The notes under the pieces were generated by a model. That model saw nothing but the letters and a program-made list of their open reading frames with translations. It did no database searches and had not been told where the DNA came from. A DNA stretch of 64,000 nt from Sterolibacterium sp. (GTDB lineage Bacteria > Pseudomonadota > Gammaproteobacteria > Burkholderiales > Rhodocyclaceae), in NCBI GenBank assembly GCA_023258955.1, contig JAHFRE010000003.1, forward strand, positions 1,952 through 65,951, given 5' to 3'. A program made the translations under genes and the position numbers. Shown here one piece after another: positions 36,481-45,565 of this stretch. The first letter of the stretch is position 1. Every line of letters starts with the position of its first letter.

Positions 36481-36498
36481 ACGTCCAAGGAGTCTCCC

Positions 36499-37710
36499 AT
36501 GGTCATGTCATCTGGCGTATTCAAACAAGTTACCTACAAGGCCGAGACGGTCTTTGGCACAGCGCCCGGTGCGTCGGGCGCGCAAATTATCCGGCGCGTG
36601 GAATCGGTCCTGGACCTTTCCAAAGATACCTTCAGCTCGAACGAAATCCGAACCGACATGCAGGTGGCCGACTTTCGCCATGGCACGCGGCGCGTCAAAG
36701 GCTCGCTCAAGGGGGAACTTTCACCCAAGACCTATGCTGACTTTATCGCCGCGGTGGTACGGCGCGACTTTGCCTCGGTGAGCCCTATTGCGAGTGCGTC
36801 GATCACGATCGCCGGCACCGGCCCCACCTGGACCGTGACCCGGGCGGCAGGGTCATTTCTGACCGATGGTGTCAAGGTCGGCGACGTGATTCGGTTGAGT
36901 GTGGGGGTCTTCAATGCGGCGAATCTCAACAAGAACTTGATGGTTACTGCGCTGACCGCCACCGTCGCCACGGTGATCGTCCTGAATGGGACCGCACTCA
37001 TTGCCGAAGGCCCGATTGCCGCGTCGACCGTGACGGTGGTGGGCAAGAAGACCTACATGCCGACCACGGGCCACACGGCAAAGTCGTTTTCCTACGAGCA
37101 TTTCAATGCCGACACGAGTCTCTCCGAGCTCTTTACCGGCGTCAAGATCGACACGATGGCCATTGCCCTGCCACCCACCGGCATGGGCACCATCGACTTT
37201 GGGTTAATTGGGCAGAACATCACCACGGGCTCATCTGCCTACTACACAGGCTCCACATCAGCGTCAGCAACGGGTGTGGTCTCCGCCGTCAACGGCGTGT
37301 TGCTTATCAGCGGTGTGCCAGTGGCGAACTGCACGGGCCTCACGATCAACGTCGCCGGCGCCCTGTCAGGAGATCCGGTCGTAGGACAGAATTTCGTGCC
37401 TTACGTGTTCCCCGGACGGATGACGGTGACTGGACAATTCACGGCCTACTTTGATTCGGGCACCTTCCGCGACAACTTTATCAATGAGGACGTGATCGGC
37501 ATCTCCGTGGCGCTCACGAGCAGCAATGTCGCCGCCGCCGATTTCATTGCCATCAGCCTGCCGTCCTTGAAACTGAGTAGCTGCACCAAGACGGATACGG
37601 AGAAGGGAATCATCGCGACCTATGCCTTCACGGCACTACTCAATACCGCCGGTGGCGCTGGCACGTCCAGTGAGCAAACCACCGTCGTTGTGCAGGACTC
37701 CGCAGCTTAA
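36499..37710 (+). CDS. Major tail (tube) protein, 403 aa
   Basis: Lies between the tail terminator and the chaperone pair. Strong RBS. Beta-rich sequence. Confidence 0.65.
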   Translation: MVMSSGVFKQVTYKAETVFGTAPGASGAQIIRRVESVLDLSKDTFSSNEIRTDMQVADFRHGTRRVKGSLKGELSPKTYADFIAAVVRRDFASVSPIASASITIAGTGPTWTVTRAAGSFLTDGVKVGDVIRLSVGVFNAANLNKNLMVTALTATVATVIVLNGTALIAEGPIAASTVTVVGKKTYMPTTGHTAKSFSYEHFNADTSLSELFTGVKIDTMAIALPPTGMGTIDFGLIGQNITTGSSAYYTGSTSASATGVVSAVNGVLLISGVPVANCTGLTINVAGALSGDPVVGQNFVPYVFPGRMTVTGQFTAYFDSGTFRDNFINEDVIGISVALTSSNVAAADFIAISLPSLKLSSCTKTDTEKGIIATYAFTALLNTAGGAGTSSEQTTVVVQDSAA

Positions 37711-37735
37711 ATTTCTCGTCATCCAAAGGACCCTC

Positions 37736-38170
37736 ATGAACGCCAATGCGTCACCCGTTTCACTCTCCTCCCTCCTCGACATCTCGACCATCAGCGAATT
37801 GACCGAGGCTGACGTCGCGATAAAGCATCCGGTGACCGGGGCGCCCACGGGTGCCCTGGTGACGCTCGCTGGTCCCGAGCACCCCAAGCGAAAGCAGCTC
37901 CTCTTCACGCGCACCCGGAAGCTGCGCGCCAAATTCCAGAAGGCGGGCAAGGTACAGTTGGATGATCCGGAGGATGAGGAAGCCGATGGCCTGAGCTATC
38001 TCGCCGCCTGCACCCTGGGTTGGATCGGGATCGGTGAGGATGGGAAGGAGATCCCGTTCTCGACCCAGGCCGCAGCCGACCTCTACGCGCGGGTAGGCTG
38101 GCTCAAAGCGCAGGTAGCTGCTGCCCTGGAGGAAAAGGAAAATTTTATCAGGGCTTGCGCGACGGACTGA
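37736..38170 (+). CDS. Tail assembly chaperone (G-like, zero-frame product)
   Basis: Lies immediately upstream of the tape measure gene. Acidic C-terminal half. Contains the slippery site. Confidence 0.7.
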   Translation: MNANASPVSLSSLLDISTISELTEADVAIKHPVTGAPTGALVTLAGPEHPKRKQLLFTRTRKLRAKFQKAGKVQLDDPEDEEADGLSYLAACTLGWIGIGEDGKEIPFSTQAAADLYARVGWLKAQVAAALEEKENFIRACATD

Positions 38171-38508
38171 TCCGCCACGCCGAGCAGCAACTTGGGCTGA
38201 GCCGCCGGGATAAGGAGGGCACCACCTTTCGCCAACACCTGGAGGCGGTGGCCCAGGCAACCGGCGAGACGCCGCCAGAGCTGATTCCGCTCCCCATCCC
38301 GGCAGGCTGTGGCGCGGTCTGGTCGGTATTCCTGCAGTTGAACGCGCGCCGTGGCAACAATGGCATGGCGGTGTCGCCCATTGCGCTCGCGGACATCGTG
38401 GCCTGGCAAACGCTCATGGGTGTGGACCTCACGCCCTGGGAAATCGAGACCCTCTTGCAACTGGACTGCGTCGCCCTCGCGGCGCCAACTTCACTGAGTG
38501 ATTCATGA
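37736..38508 (+). CDS. Tail assembly chaperone, -1 frameshift fusion product (GT-like)
   Basis: The -1 frame from the heptamer continues ...KFYQGLRDGLIRHAEQQ... to the TGA at 38506..38508, which overlaps the tape measure ATG. Confidence 0.6.
38140..38146 (+). promoter_or_regulatory. -1 programmed ribosomal frameshift heptamer A AAT TTT
   Basis: Zero frame reads GA A AAT TTT ATC, which is the X XXY YYZ form. The -1 frame is open from here to 38508. Confidence 0.65.
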
Positions 38509-41500
38509 GCGATATCACGATTGGCAACCTGGTGGTTCAGATGTCGGCCAACGTCGCCCGTTTGTCCTCGGACATGCGGGAAGCGAAGAATGCGGTCACC
38601 GAAGCCACCAGCCAGATCAGCGACGCGGCGGAAAGCGCCATGCACGCCTTGGAGGCGCTAGGCGTTGGGCTATCCATCGCCGAATTTGCCGAGTTCGTGC
38701 GCCACACGAGAGAAGCGGCCGAACATTTGCTCAATCTGCAGAAGGCCACGGGCATTGCTGTCGAGGCCCTCTCCGGTCTGAGTCTTCTTGCCAAGCAGAA
38801 CGGCACAGATATCGATTCGCTCGCGCGCGCCGTCGAAAAGCTCTCCGTCAACATGGGCAAGACCCCGGAGGACTTCAGGGCGCTCGGCGTCTCAGCCAAG
38901 GATCCGCTGGAGGCCTTCAAGCAGCTAGCTGACGTCTTCAATCTGATCCCGGACATCCAGACGAGAAACGCCGTGGCCATGAAGGCGCTCGGCAAATCCT
39001 GGGCCGAGGTGGCACCGGTGATGTCGCTCGGTTCTGAGGAGATCGGCAAGACCGTGGAGAAGGGACTGGCGCTCTCTCACATGAATACGGAGCTCGCCAA
39101 GTCCTCGAAAGAATTCAACGACAAGTGGGTGGAGTTGACCGGCACTGGCGGCTTTGCCAACCAGATGCTCGCAGCACTCCTGCCCACCATGAACGGCGTG
39201 GTCGACGACTTCTTGGCCCTGCGCGACAGTGCGGGCGGAACCGGCACGGCCTTCGAGAAATTTGGCGCGTCGGTGGCCTCCGTCGTTTCAACCACCAAGG
39301 ACGTGGTGGTCTGGCTCACCAACCACAAGGAAGCGGTGGAGGCCGTGGCCGGTGCCTACGGCTCCTGGAAGATCGCGACCTGGCTTGGGCCACTTATCAC
39401 CGGCTACGCCCAGGCGGCTGTCGCCACCTACGAAAAGGTGACCGCCGACATGGCGCTAAAGGCGGCGACCTTGGCCAGCGCCGAAGCGAATGTCGCGGCG
39501 ACCGCTTCCACTGCGGCACTCACCGCCACCCGGGTGGCTGAACTGCGCGCGGCCGTCCTGGCCACCGAGGGAGAGGTGGCGCTGGAAATTGCCACGAACG
39601 GCTTGATTCCTGCCCAAGCCCGGGCCACTGCCGCAGAACTTGCCCATGTCACCGCGCTTGAAGCGCTGGTCGTCGCGCAAGAAGGTGCATCGGTCACCGC
39701 GGCGGCAGCCGGCGGGGCGGTGACGCTCCTGGGTGGCCCGGTCGGCGTGATCATCACGCTCTTGGGTCTTGCCGCCACCGCTTGGTTTGCCTTTGGAGAT
39801 TCTGGCAAAACGGCGCTCGACAAGCTGGTTCCTTCAGCGGACGACGCCCAGGAGCGGCTCGACAAGATCAACCTGACGCTGAAGTACGGCACCGGTGAGC
39901 GGGCGCAAATCGAAGCGCAGCTCGCGGCGATCTCCGCCAAGAAGGTCGAGCTCTACCAGCAGGAGGACTATTTCGTCAAAGGCCAGATCGAGGAACTCGA
40001 CAAGACCCGGGCCACACTCCTGCTGCAGCGTGATGCCTTGGATGCGATCGATGCCAAGCAAAAGGCCGCTGCGGGCTCGGCGGGTACACTGACCCAGGCG
40101 CAGAAGGATGCGGCGCAAGCGGCAGCAGACTTCCTGGCCAAGGGTACTCAGGCGGCGGATGACCAAGTTGCCAAGTACAACGCGTTGGTCGATCGGGTCA
40201 ATGCCTACGCTGCGCAGATCTCCCTGGCGGTGGATCAGAACAAGGCCGTGACCGAAGGAGAAAAGCTCAACCTCGCCGTCAAAGACATGCTTGGAAAGTC
40301 TATCGTCGGTGTCGACGCCGGCATGAAGGCATTGCTGAAGTCAGCCGCCGCTTACATCCTGCTGAAGGAATCGGAAAGGAAGGCCGAGGAAGATGCCACG
40401 AAGGCCCTCAAGGATCGCGCCACCGTTCTGGCGGCGGTGGACAAGGTGACCCAGGAAGTATCGAAGTCCACGGAAGCCTTTGCTCTCAAGCAAAAGGAAT
40501 CCGTCGATGCGCTAAAGACTGGGATTGCGGAAATCGACATGAGCCCGCAAGAGCGGGCCGTGACGCAAGCGATGGCGGTGATCGACAAGGCACTGGAACA
40601 GGAAATCGAAAAGGTCTCCGAACTCATGGGATCGAAAGGGTGGGGCGGCACCGAGGAGTTCGATCGAGTGATCGGCGCGCTGCAGCAATCGGCAGAAAAG
40701 CAGAAAGCCATCGTCACCGATCTGATCAACTTCAAGATCGCGAAGGAGCGTGACTGGGTGACGGGCACGAACCAGGCGTTCATGGACTACGTCAACAACG
40801 CGACGAACGCCGCTGTGCAAGCGAAGTCCTTCTGGAATGTGGCGCTGACCGGCATGGAGGATCTTCTGACCAAGTTCTTCACGACTGGGAAACTCGGATT
40901 CTCCGACTTCATCAAAGTCATCGAAGCGCAGCTCGCCAAGATGGTCGCCCAGCAGATCGTCGTGTCCATTGTCGGGGAAGTCACCGGGGGTGCTGTCGCA
41001 GGGGCTGCCGCGGGTGCAGCCGGCTCAGCCGGCGGCGCTGCGGCGGGAGGGTTCATGTCGTCTGCTGCCGGGAGCATGCTTGCCGCGAATGCCGGGACGA
41101 TTGGGGCGATGCAAGGCGGTGTGGGTTCCGCTTTTGCAGACTACCTGGCGACCAACGGCTTCATTTCCTCGGCAGGATCTTACATGGCGGCCGAGGTCGT
41201 TCCGGTCCTTGGCGAGGTGGTATTGGCAATCTCAGCCCTGAACGCCCTTTTTGGCAGCCACGGCACGCCGACGTCCTCGACCGGCAACAACACCACCAAT
41301 TTCGATACGTCGGGGAATATCCAAAACGCGACATCGCAATTCGGTGGGACCAGCGCCACGGCGGATGCGATGGTCCAAATGATGGAGACGACGTACACGA
41401 CGTTCATGACCTCGATCGGAGCCACCGCGGCGGCAGCGACGTTCGGTTACGGCGGGAATACCGGCAAAGACGGAAAGGTTCCGAATTTCGATATTACGGG

Positions 41501-44093
41501 TGCTGCCGGATCATCGCTCTATCGCGCTGGTGAAACCGCGATTGGTTCGGACAACACCGCGGTCCAGCTTGCCGCCTCCCGGGCGGTGCTCGCCGCGATC
41601 GAGGGCAGCGATCTGCCGAGCTACCTGTCTAAGGTGTTCGATGGGCTGACCCCATCGACGGCGACCCTTGCGCAGATCAATGCGGCGGAGTCCTTTGCAA
41701 CGACACTGGCGACGGTGAAGGCTGGGCTGACGGAAACGCGAACCGCAGCGCAGCAGTATGCCGACGCGATCGCTACGCAGACAAAGGCGTTGGGCACCTC
41801 AGCGAGCACTTTTAAAACCGACTTCACCGCGGCGCTGAATGCCGGTCTGACCCCTGACCAGTTGACCAAATGGCAGACGCTCGGCAAGACACTTGCTGAC
41901 GCCGCGGCGAACGCAGCCGCTTTCACCGCGTCGATCCGCGGGATAGGCAACACCATCGACACCCTGACCGGGGGGACGTCCCACGGCGCTGCATACGCTG
42001 CCACCGATGCGGCAACTACCGACGCGGCCCTTTATACTGCGCTCGGGGTCCACGTTTCCGACTTGGTGACCATGACCGACGAGCAGATCGCGGTGATGGG
42101 CCGGGCTAAGGACGGCAATCTTACGCTGATGCAAAGCGCCCTGGATGCTGCGAATGCAAACAAACAGTACACCGACGCCCAGGCCCAGGCGCTCGCTGAC
42201 GAAGCCAAAGCCAAGGCTGCAGCGGAGGCCATCACTGCAAAGGCCACGAGCGACTATAACGTGGCGATGGCCACTGCGACGGGGGATACCGCGGGGCTCG
42301 CTGTTCTCAATAAGGCATTGCAGGATTCCGCCCATATCGCCGCTGGCTGGACCCAGGCGCAGGTCGATGCACTCGATGCGGCGCAAAGCGCGAGGGATCT
42401 TGCGGCGGCCAACCGGTCGGCGGCCGATGCCATCGCGCAGACCTCGGCGTCGATCGCCTCCTCCCTCGACTCGCTGAACGGAAACAATCAGGCTTCTCTG
42501 GCGCTGGCCAATCTGAACGTCACGACCGCAATGCAAGCCGTGACAACGGCGATGCCTTGGATTCAAAGTGCTGCGCAGTTGGCGACGATCACACCGGAGG
42601 ACGCCAGCCACTATTCTGCTGCCAATCAGGCAATAATCGCCCCCGCCCTAGCTGCGATCGCAGCACTTGCGCATGCGCAGGCTACGGCAAACCAACCCAC
42701 GTCGTCGGGGTACTCGCCTTCGCCAGGGGCTGCGCCTTTGACTGCCGATCAGACGGCCTACAACACCCTGGTCCAGCAACTGGGCGCGGCCAACGATTCG
42801 CTCCTGACGCATACGCAATTGCTGGCGCAACAGCGCGCAGGACTGAGTGTTGCGAACCAGGCCATCTTCGATCAGATCCAGCTCGTCACGAAGCAAAAAA
42901 CGGCGATGACAGCCCTACAGGCCGCCTACGACGCCGAGCATACGGCCCTCACGAACACGATCACCGGTATGGGGAACTTTGCGAAGAGTCTCACGGCGTT
43001 CAGGAATGGCATGCTCCTTGGCAATTTGTCTCCGCTCACGCCCGAGGAGAAATACGCCGAGGCCAAGACCCAGTACGAGGCAACGCTTGCGGCAGCCAAG
43101 GGCACCGGCCCGGATGCGGCCAAGGCGCAGGCGGATCTACAGAACTCCGCCACCGCCTTCCTGCAGGCCTCCCAGGTCGTCAATGCGTCGAGCCAGCGGT
43201 ATCAGGAGGACTTCGCCCACGTGCGCGATTCCACCGGCCTCATGGTCGATTGGGCCCAGCAGCAGGTTAATCTTGCCCAGGCGAGTCTTACCGCGCTCGA
43301 TCAGCAGGTCTCGGGGCTGGTCACGGTCAATGCTTCGGTGCTGAGTGTGGCTGATGCGATCAAGGCGCTGGCGGCCGCCATGAACGCCAATGGCCAGAAC
43401 GGGGGTGCCATGACCACCACGGGCAATACGGCGGCGATCACCTCACTCTACCAAAGCTTGTTGCACCGCGCGCCGGACGCCACTGGGCTTGCCAATTCGG
43501 TGGCTTGGATGTCCCACGGCGGCACGATTAATGATCTAGCGACAAACATCATGCAAAGCCCAGAGTATTTGATGCGCCAGCGGATCAAGGAGGCGCTGGG
43601 GGCGAATGCCGAGGTGATGGCCTACAACCCCAACTTCCTGACTGCTCCGACTGATGCGCAGCTTGGGGCAATCGATTGGTACACCCGAATCGCCTTAAGC
43701 CAAGGGTTTCAGGCGGCGGTGGAGCAGATTGGTAAGGATGCGCACGCTTATGCCACCGCGCATCCGATGGCCTCCCACGCCACGGGCCTGGATTATGTGC
43801 CCTACGACAACTACCAGGCCAAGTTGCACCAGGGAGAAATGGTGCTGACTCAGGGGCAGGCGACGGACTTCCGCCAGTTTGGTACGGCAGGCATGGGGTC
43901 ATTGGTTGCGGAGATCAAGGCATTGCGCGAGGAGGTCAGGACCTTGCGTGCCGAGCAGAAGGAGCAGACCGGCGCGGTCATTGCCAGCAACTATGATGCG
44001 AACGACCGGGCGGCAGTGAAGGTCGCCGCCGGCGCCACGGTGGCTGCCAAGACGGCGGCGTGGGCGCAGAAGACGAAGGCGGTCCTCAAATGA
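38505..44093 (+). CDS. Tail tape measure protein (1862 aa) with DUF4214-like segment
   Basis: Position, length, Ala/Gln-rich helical composition and Gly-rich hydrophobic stretches fit a tape measure. LYQSLLHRAPDATGLANSVAWMSHGGTINDLATNIMQSPEY (nt 43437..43571) resembles DUF4214. Confidence 0.9.
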   Translation: MSDITIGNLVVQMSANVARLSSDMREAKNAVTEATSQISDAAESAMHALEALGVGLSIAEFAEFVRHTREAAEHLLNLQKATGIAVEALSGLSLLAKQNGTDIDSLARAVEKLSVNMGKTPEDFRALGVSAKDPLEAFKQLADVFNLIPDIQTRNAVAMKALGKSWAEVAPVMSLGSEEIGKTVEKGLALSHMNTELAKSSKEFNDKWVELTGTGGFANQMLAALLPTMNGVVDDFLALRDSAGGTGTAFEKFGASVASVVSTTKDVVVWLTNHKEAVEAVAGAYGSWKIATWLGPLITGYAQAAVATYEKVTADMALKAATLASAEANVAATASTAALTATRVAELRAAVLATEGEVALEIATNGLIPAQARATAAELAHVTALEALVVAQEGASVTAAAAGGAVTLLGGPVGVIITLLGLAATAWFAFGDSGKTALDKLVPSADDAQERLDKINLTLKYGTGERAQIEAQLAAISAKKVELYQQEDYFVKGQIEELDKTRATLLLQRDALDAIDAKQKAAAGSAGTLTQAQKDAAQAAADFLAKGTQAADDQVAKYNALVDRVNAYAAQISLAVDQNKAVTEGEKLNLAVKDMLGKSIVGVDAGMKALLKSAAAYILLKESERKAEEDATKALKDRATVLAAVDKVTQEVSKSTEAFALKQKESVDALKTGIAEIDMSPQERAVTQAMAVIDKALEQEIEKVSELMGSKGWGGTEEFDRVIGALQQSAEKQKAIVTDLINFKIAKERDWVTGTNQAFMDYVNNATNAAVQAKSFWNVALTGMEDLLTKFFTTGKLGFSDFIKVIEAQLAKMVAQQIVVSIVGEVTGGAVAGAAAGAAGSAGGAAAGGFMSSAAGSMLAANAGTIGAMQGGVGSAFADYLATNGFISSAGSYMAAEVVPVLGEVVLAISALNALFGSHGTPTSSTGNNTTNFDTSGNIQNATSQFGGTSATADAMVQMMETTYTTFMTSIGATAAAATFGYGGNTGKDGKVPNFDITGAAGSSLYRAGETAIGSDNTAVQLAASRAVLAAIEGSDLPSYLSKVFDGLTPSTATLAQINAAESFATTLATVKAGLTETRTAAQQYADAIATQTKALGTSASTFKTDFTAALNAGLTPDQLTKWQTLGKTLADAAANAAAFTASIRGIGNTIDTLTGGTSHGAAYAATDAATTDAALYTALGVHVSDLVTMTDEQIAVMGRAKDGNLTLMQSALDAANANKQYTDAQAQALADEAKAKAAAEAITAKATSDYNVAMATATGDTAGLAVLNKALQDSAHIAAGWTQAQVDALDAAQSARDLAAANRSAADAIAQTSASIASSLDSLNGNNQASLALANLNVTTAMQAVTTAMPWIQSAAQLATITPEDASHYSAANQAIIAPALAAIAALAHAQATANQPTSSGYSPSPGAAPLTADQTAYNTLVQQLGAANDSLLTHTQLLAQQRAGLSVANQAIFDQIQLVTKQKTAMTALQAAYDAEHTALTNTITGMGNFAKSLTAFRNGMLLGNLSPLTPEEKYAEAKTQYEATLAAAKGTGPDAAKAQADLQNSATAFLQASQVVNASSQRYQEDFAHVRDSTGLMVDWAQQQVNLAQASLTALDQQVSGLVTVNASVLSVADAIKALAAAMNANGQNGGAMTTTGNTAAITSLYQSLLHRAPDATGLANSVAWMSHGGTINDLATNIMQSPEYLMRQRIKEALGANAEVMAYNPNFLTAPTDAQLGAIDWYTRIALSQGFQAAVEQIGKDAHAYATAHPMASHATGLDYVPYDNYQAKLHQGEMVLTQGQATDFRQFGTAGMGSLVAEIKALREEVRTLRAEQKEQTGAVIASNYDANDRAAVKVAAGATVAAKTAAWAQKTKAVLK

Positions 44094-45565
44094 CGGATGC
44101 GGCCTTCCTCGCCTGGCTGCAAAGCGCCACCGCCATTCGCGTGGTCTTGATCGAGGCCGCGGTCAATGTGGGTGGTACCGACATCACCCGGTATCTGTCC
44201 ACCAAACCCTATGTCACGGAGGCGGGGGATACGCCGGCCAACACGCATTACCTCCCGCGCGCGTCCAACGGCATCCAGTACACCGAGGCAGTCTCTCTCT
44301 CGACCGAGGCGAGTTTGACCCAGGGAGATATTGAACTCAACAATCAGGACGGCGCCTTGGATAGCTGGCTGGGTGACGTGTGGGTGGGTCGGCCAATTCA
44401 GGCGTTCATTGGGGACCCGCGCTGGGCGAGAAGCGACTTTCGGCTGATCTTCAATGGCATCGTGGATGACATCCACAGCAAGAGCCGGGAAGTCGTGAAT
44501 CTTGTTCTGCGCGACAAGTTGCAGCGGCTGAATACTTCGGTGTCCGAGGCGGTGCTCGGTGGCACGACCGCGAACCAGTCGGCCTGCATCCCGATGACCT
44601 TTGGCGAGTGCCACAACGTTTCTCCGCTCCTGACCAACCCGGCTACCCTTGAGTACCAGGTCCATAACGGGCCGATCGAGGGCGTGATCGAAGTGCGCGA
44701 CAACGGGATTCCGGTTGCCTGCACCGTGACGGCATCGACCGGGAAATTTACTTTGAGCGCTTCGCCGGCCGGCCAGATCACGGCGAGCGTTCAGGGCGAC
44801 AAGCCCTCTGGCGGCAGCTACAGCAATACGATTTCACAGTTGGTCCAGCGCATCGTGCAGGCCTTCGGCAAGACCTCGGACCAGTTCGGGTCGGGAGATC
44901 TGGATGCAGGGAACCTCGCAGCATTTGAGACAGCGCACCCTCAACCGGTCGGCATCTATCTCCAGGATCGAGAAAATGTACTCTCCGTCATCCAGCGTCT
45001 GGCGGCGAGCGTGGGTGCTCAGGTCGTCATGAGCCGGGCGGGGCAATTGCGTCTGATTCAGATTGCTTTGCCGCCCGCAGGCACACCAACGGTGATCACG
45101 GAAGCGCAGATGGTTGAGCGGACATTGCAGGTCGTGGATCGCCCTACGGTGTCGGCGAGCGTGCAGATTGGTTTCTGCCAGAACTGGACCGTGCAGGCGG
45201 GCCTGCTCACCACCATCCCCGCCGCGCACAAGGATCTGTTTAAGACCGCGTGGCTCACCGCCATCGCCACCGACACTGCCGTCCAGGCGACGTACAAGTT
45301 GAACGCCATGCCGGTGCAGGAGGATTCGTGTCTTCTGGTGCGCACCGATGCGGCGGCCGAGGCCACGCGCCGGTTGGGGATCCGGAAGGTGGCGCGGACG
45401 ATCTATCAGTTCGAGGGCACACCAGATTTGCTCCTCCTCGAGTTGGGGCAGGCCGTTACCCTGGTCAATCATCGGTTTGGGCTCTCTGGCGGCATCACCG
45501 GCATGGTGGTCTCCCTTGCCCCCAATTGGATGACCGGGCATGTGACCGTGGGAGTGCTCATCTAA
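44090..45565 (+). CDS. Tail tip/distal tail protein candidate
   Basis: ATGA overlap with the tape measure stop. Assigned on position only. Confidence 0.5.
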   Translation: MTDAAFLAWLQSATAIRVVLIEAAVNVGGTDITRYLSTKPYVTEAGDTPANTHYLPRASNGIQYTEAVSLSTEASLTQGDIELNNQDGALDSWLGDVWVGRPIQAFIGDPRWARSDFRLIFNGIVDDIHSKSREVVNLVLRDKLQRLNTSVSEAVLGGTTANQSACIPMTFGECHNVSPLLTNPATLEYQVHNGPIEGVIEVRDNGIPVACTVTASTGKFTLSASPAGQITASVQGDKPSGGSYSNTISQLVQRIVQAFGKTSDQFGSGDLDAGNLAAFETAHPQPVGIYLQDRENVLSVIQRLAASVGAQVVMSRAGQLRLIQIALPPAGTPTVITEAQMVERTLQVVDRPTVSASVQIGFCQNWTVQAGLLTTIPAAHKDLFKTAWLTAIATDTAVQATYKLNAMPVQEDSCLLVRTDAAAEATRRLGIRKVARTIYQFEGTPDLLLLELGQAVTLVNHRFGLSGGITGMVVSLAPNWMTGHVTVGVLI

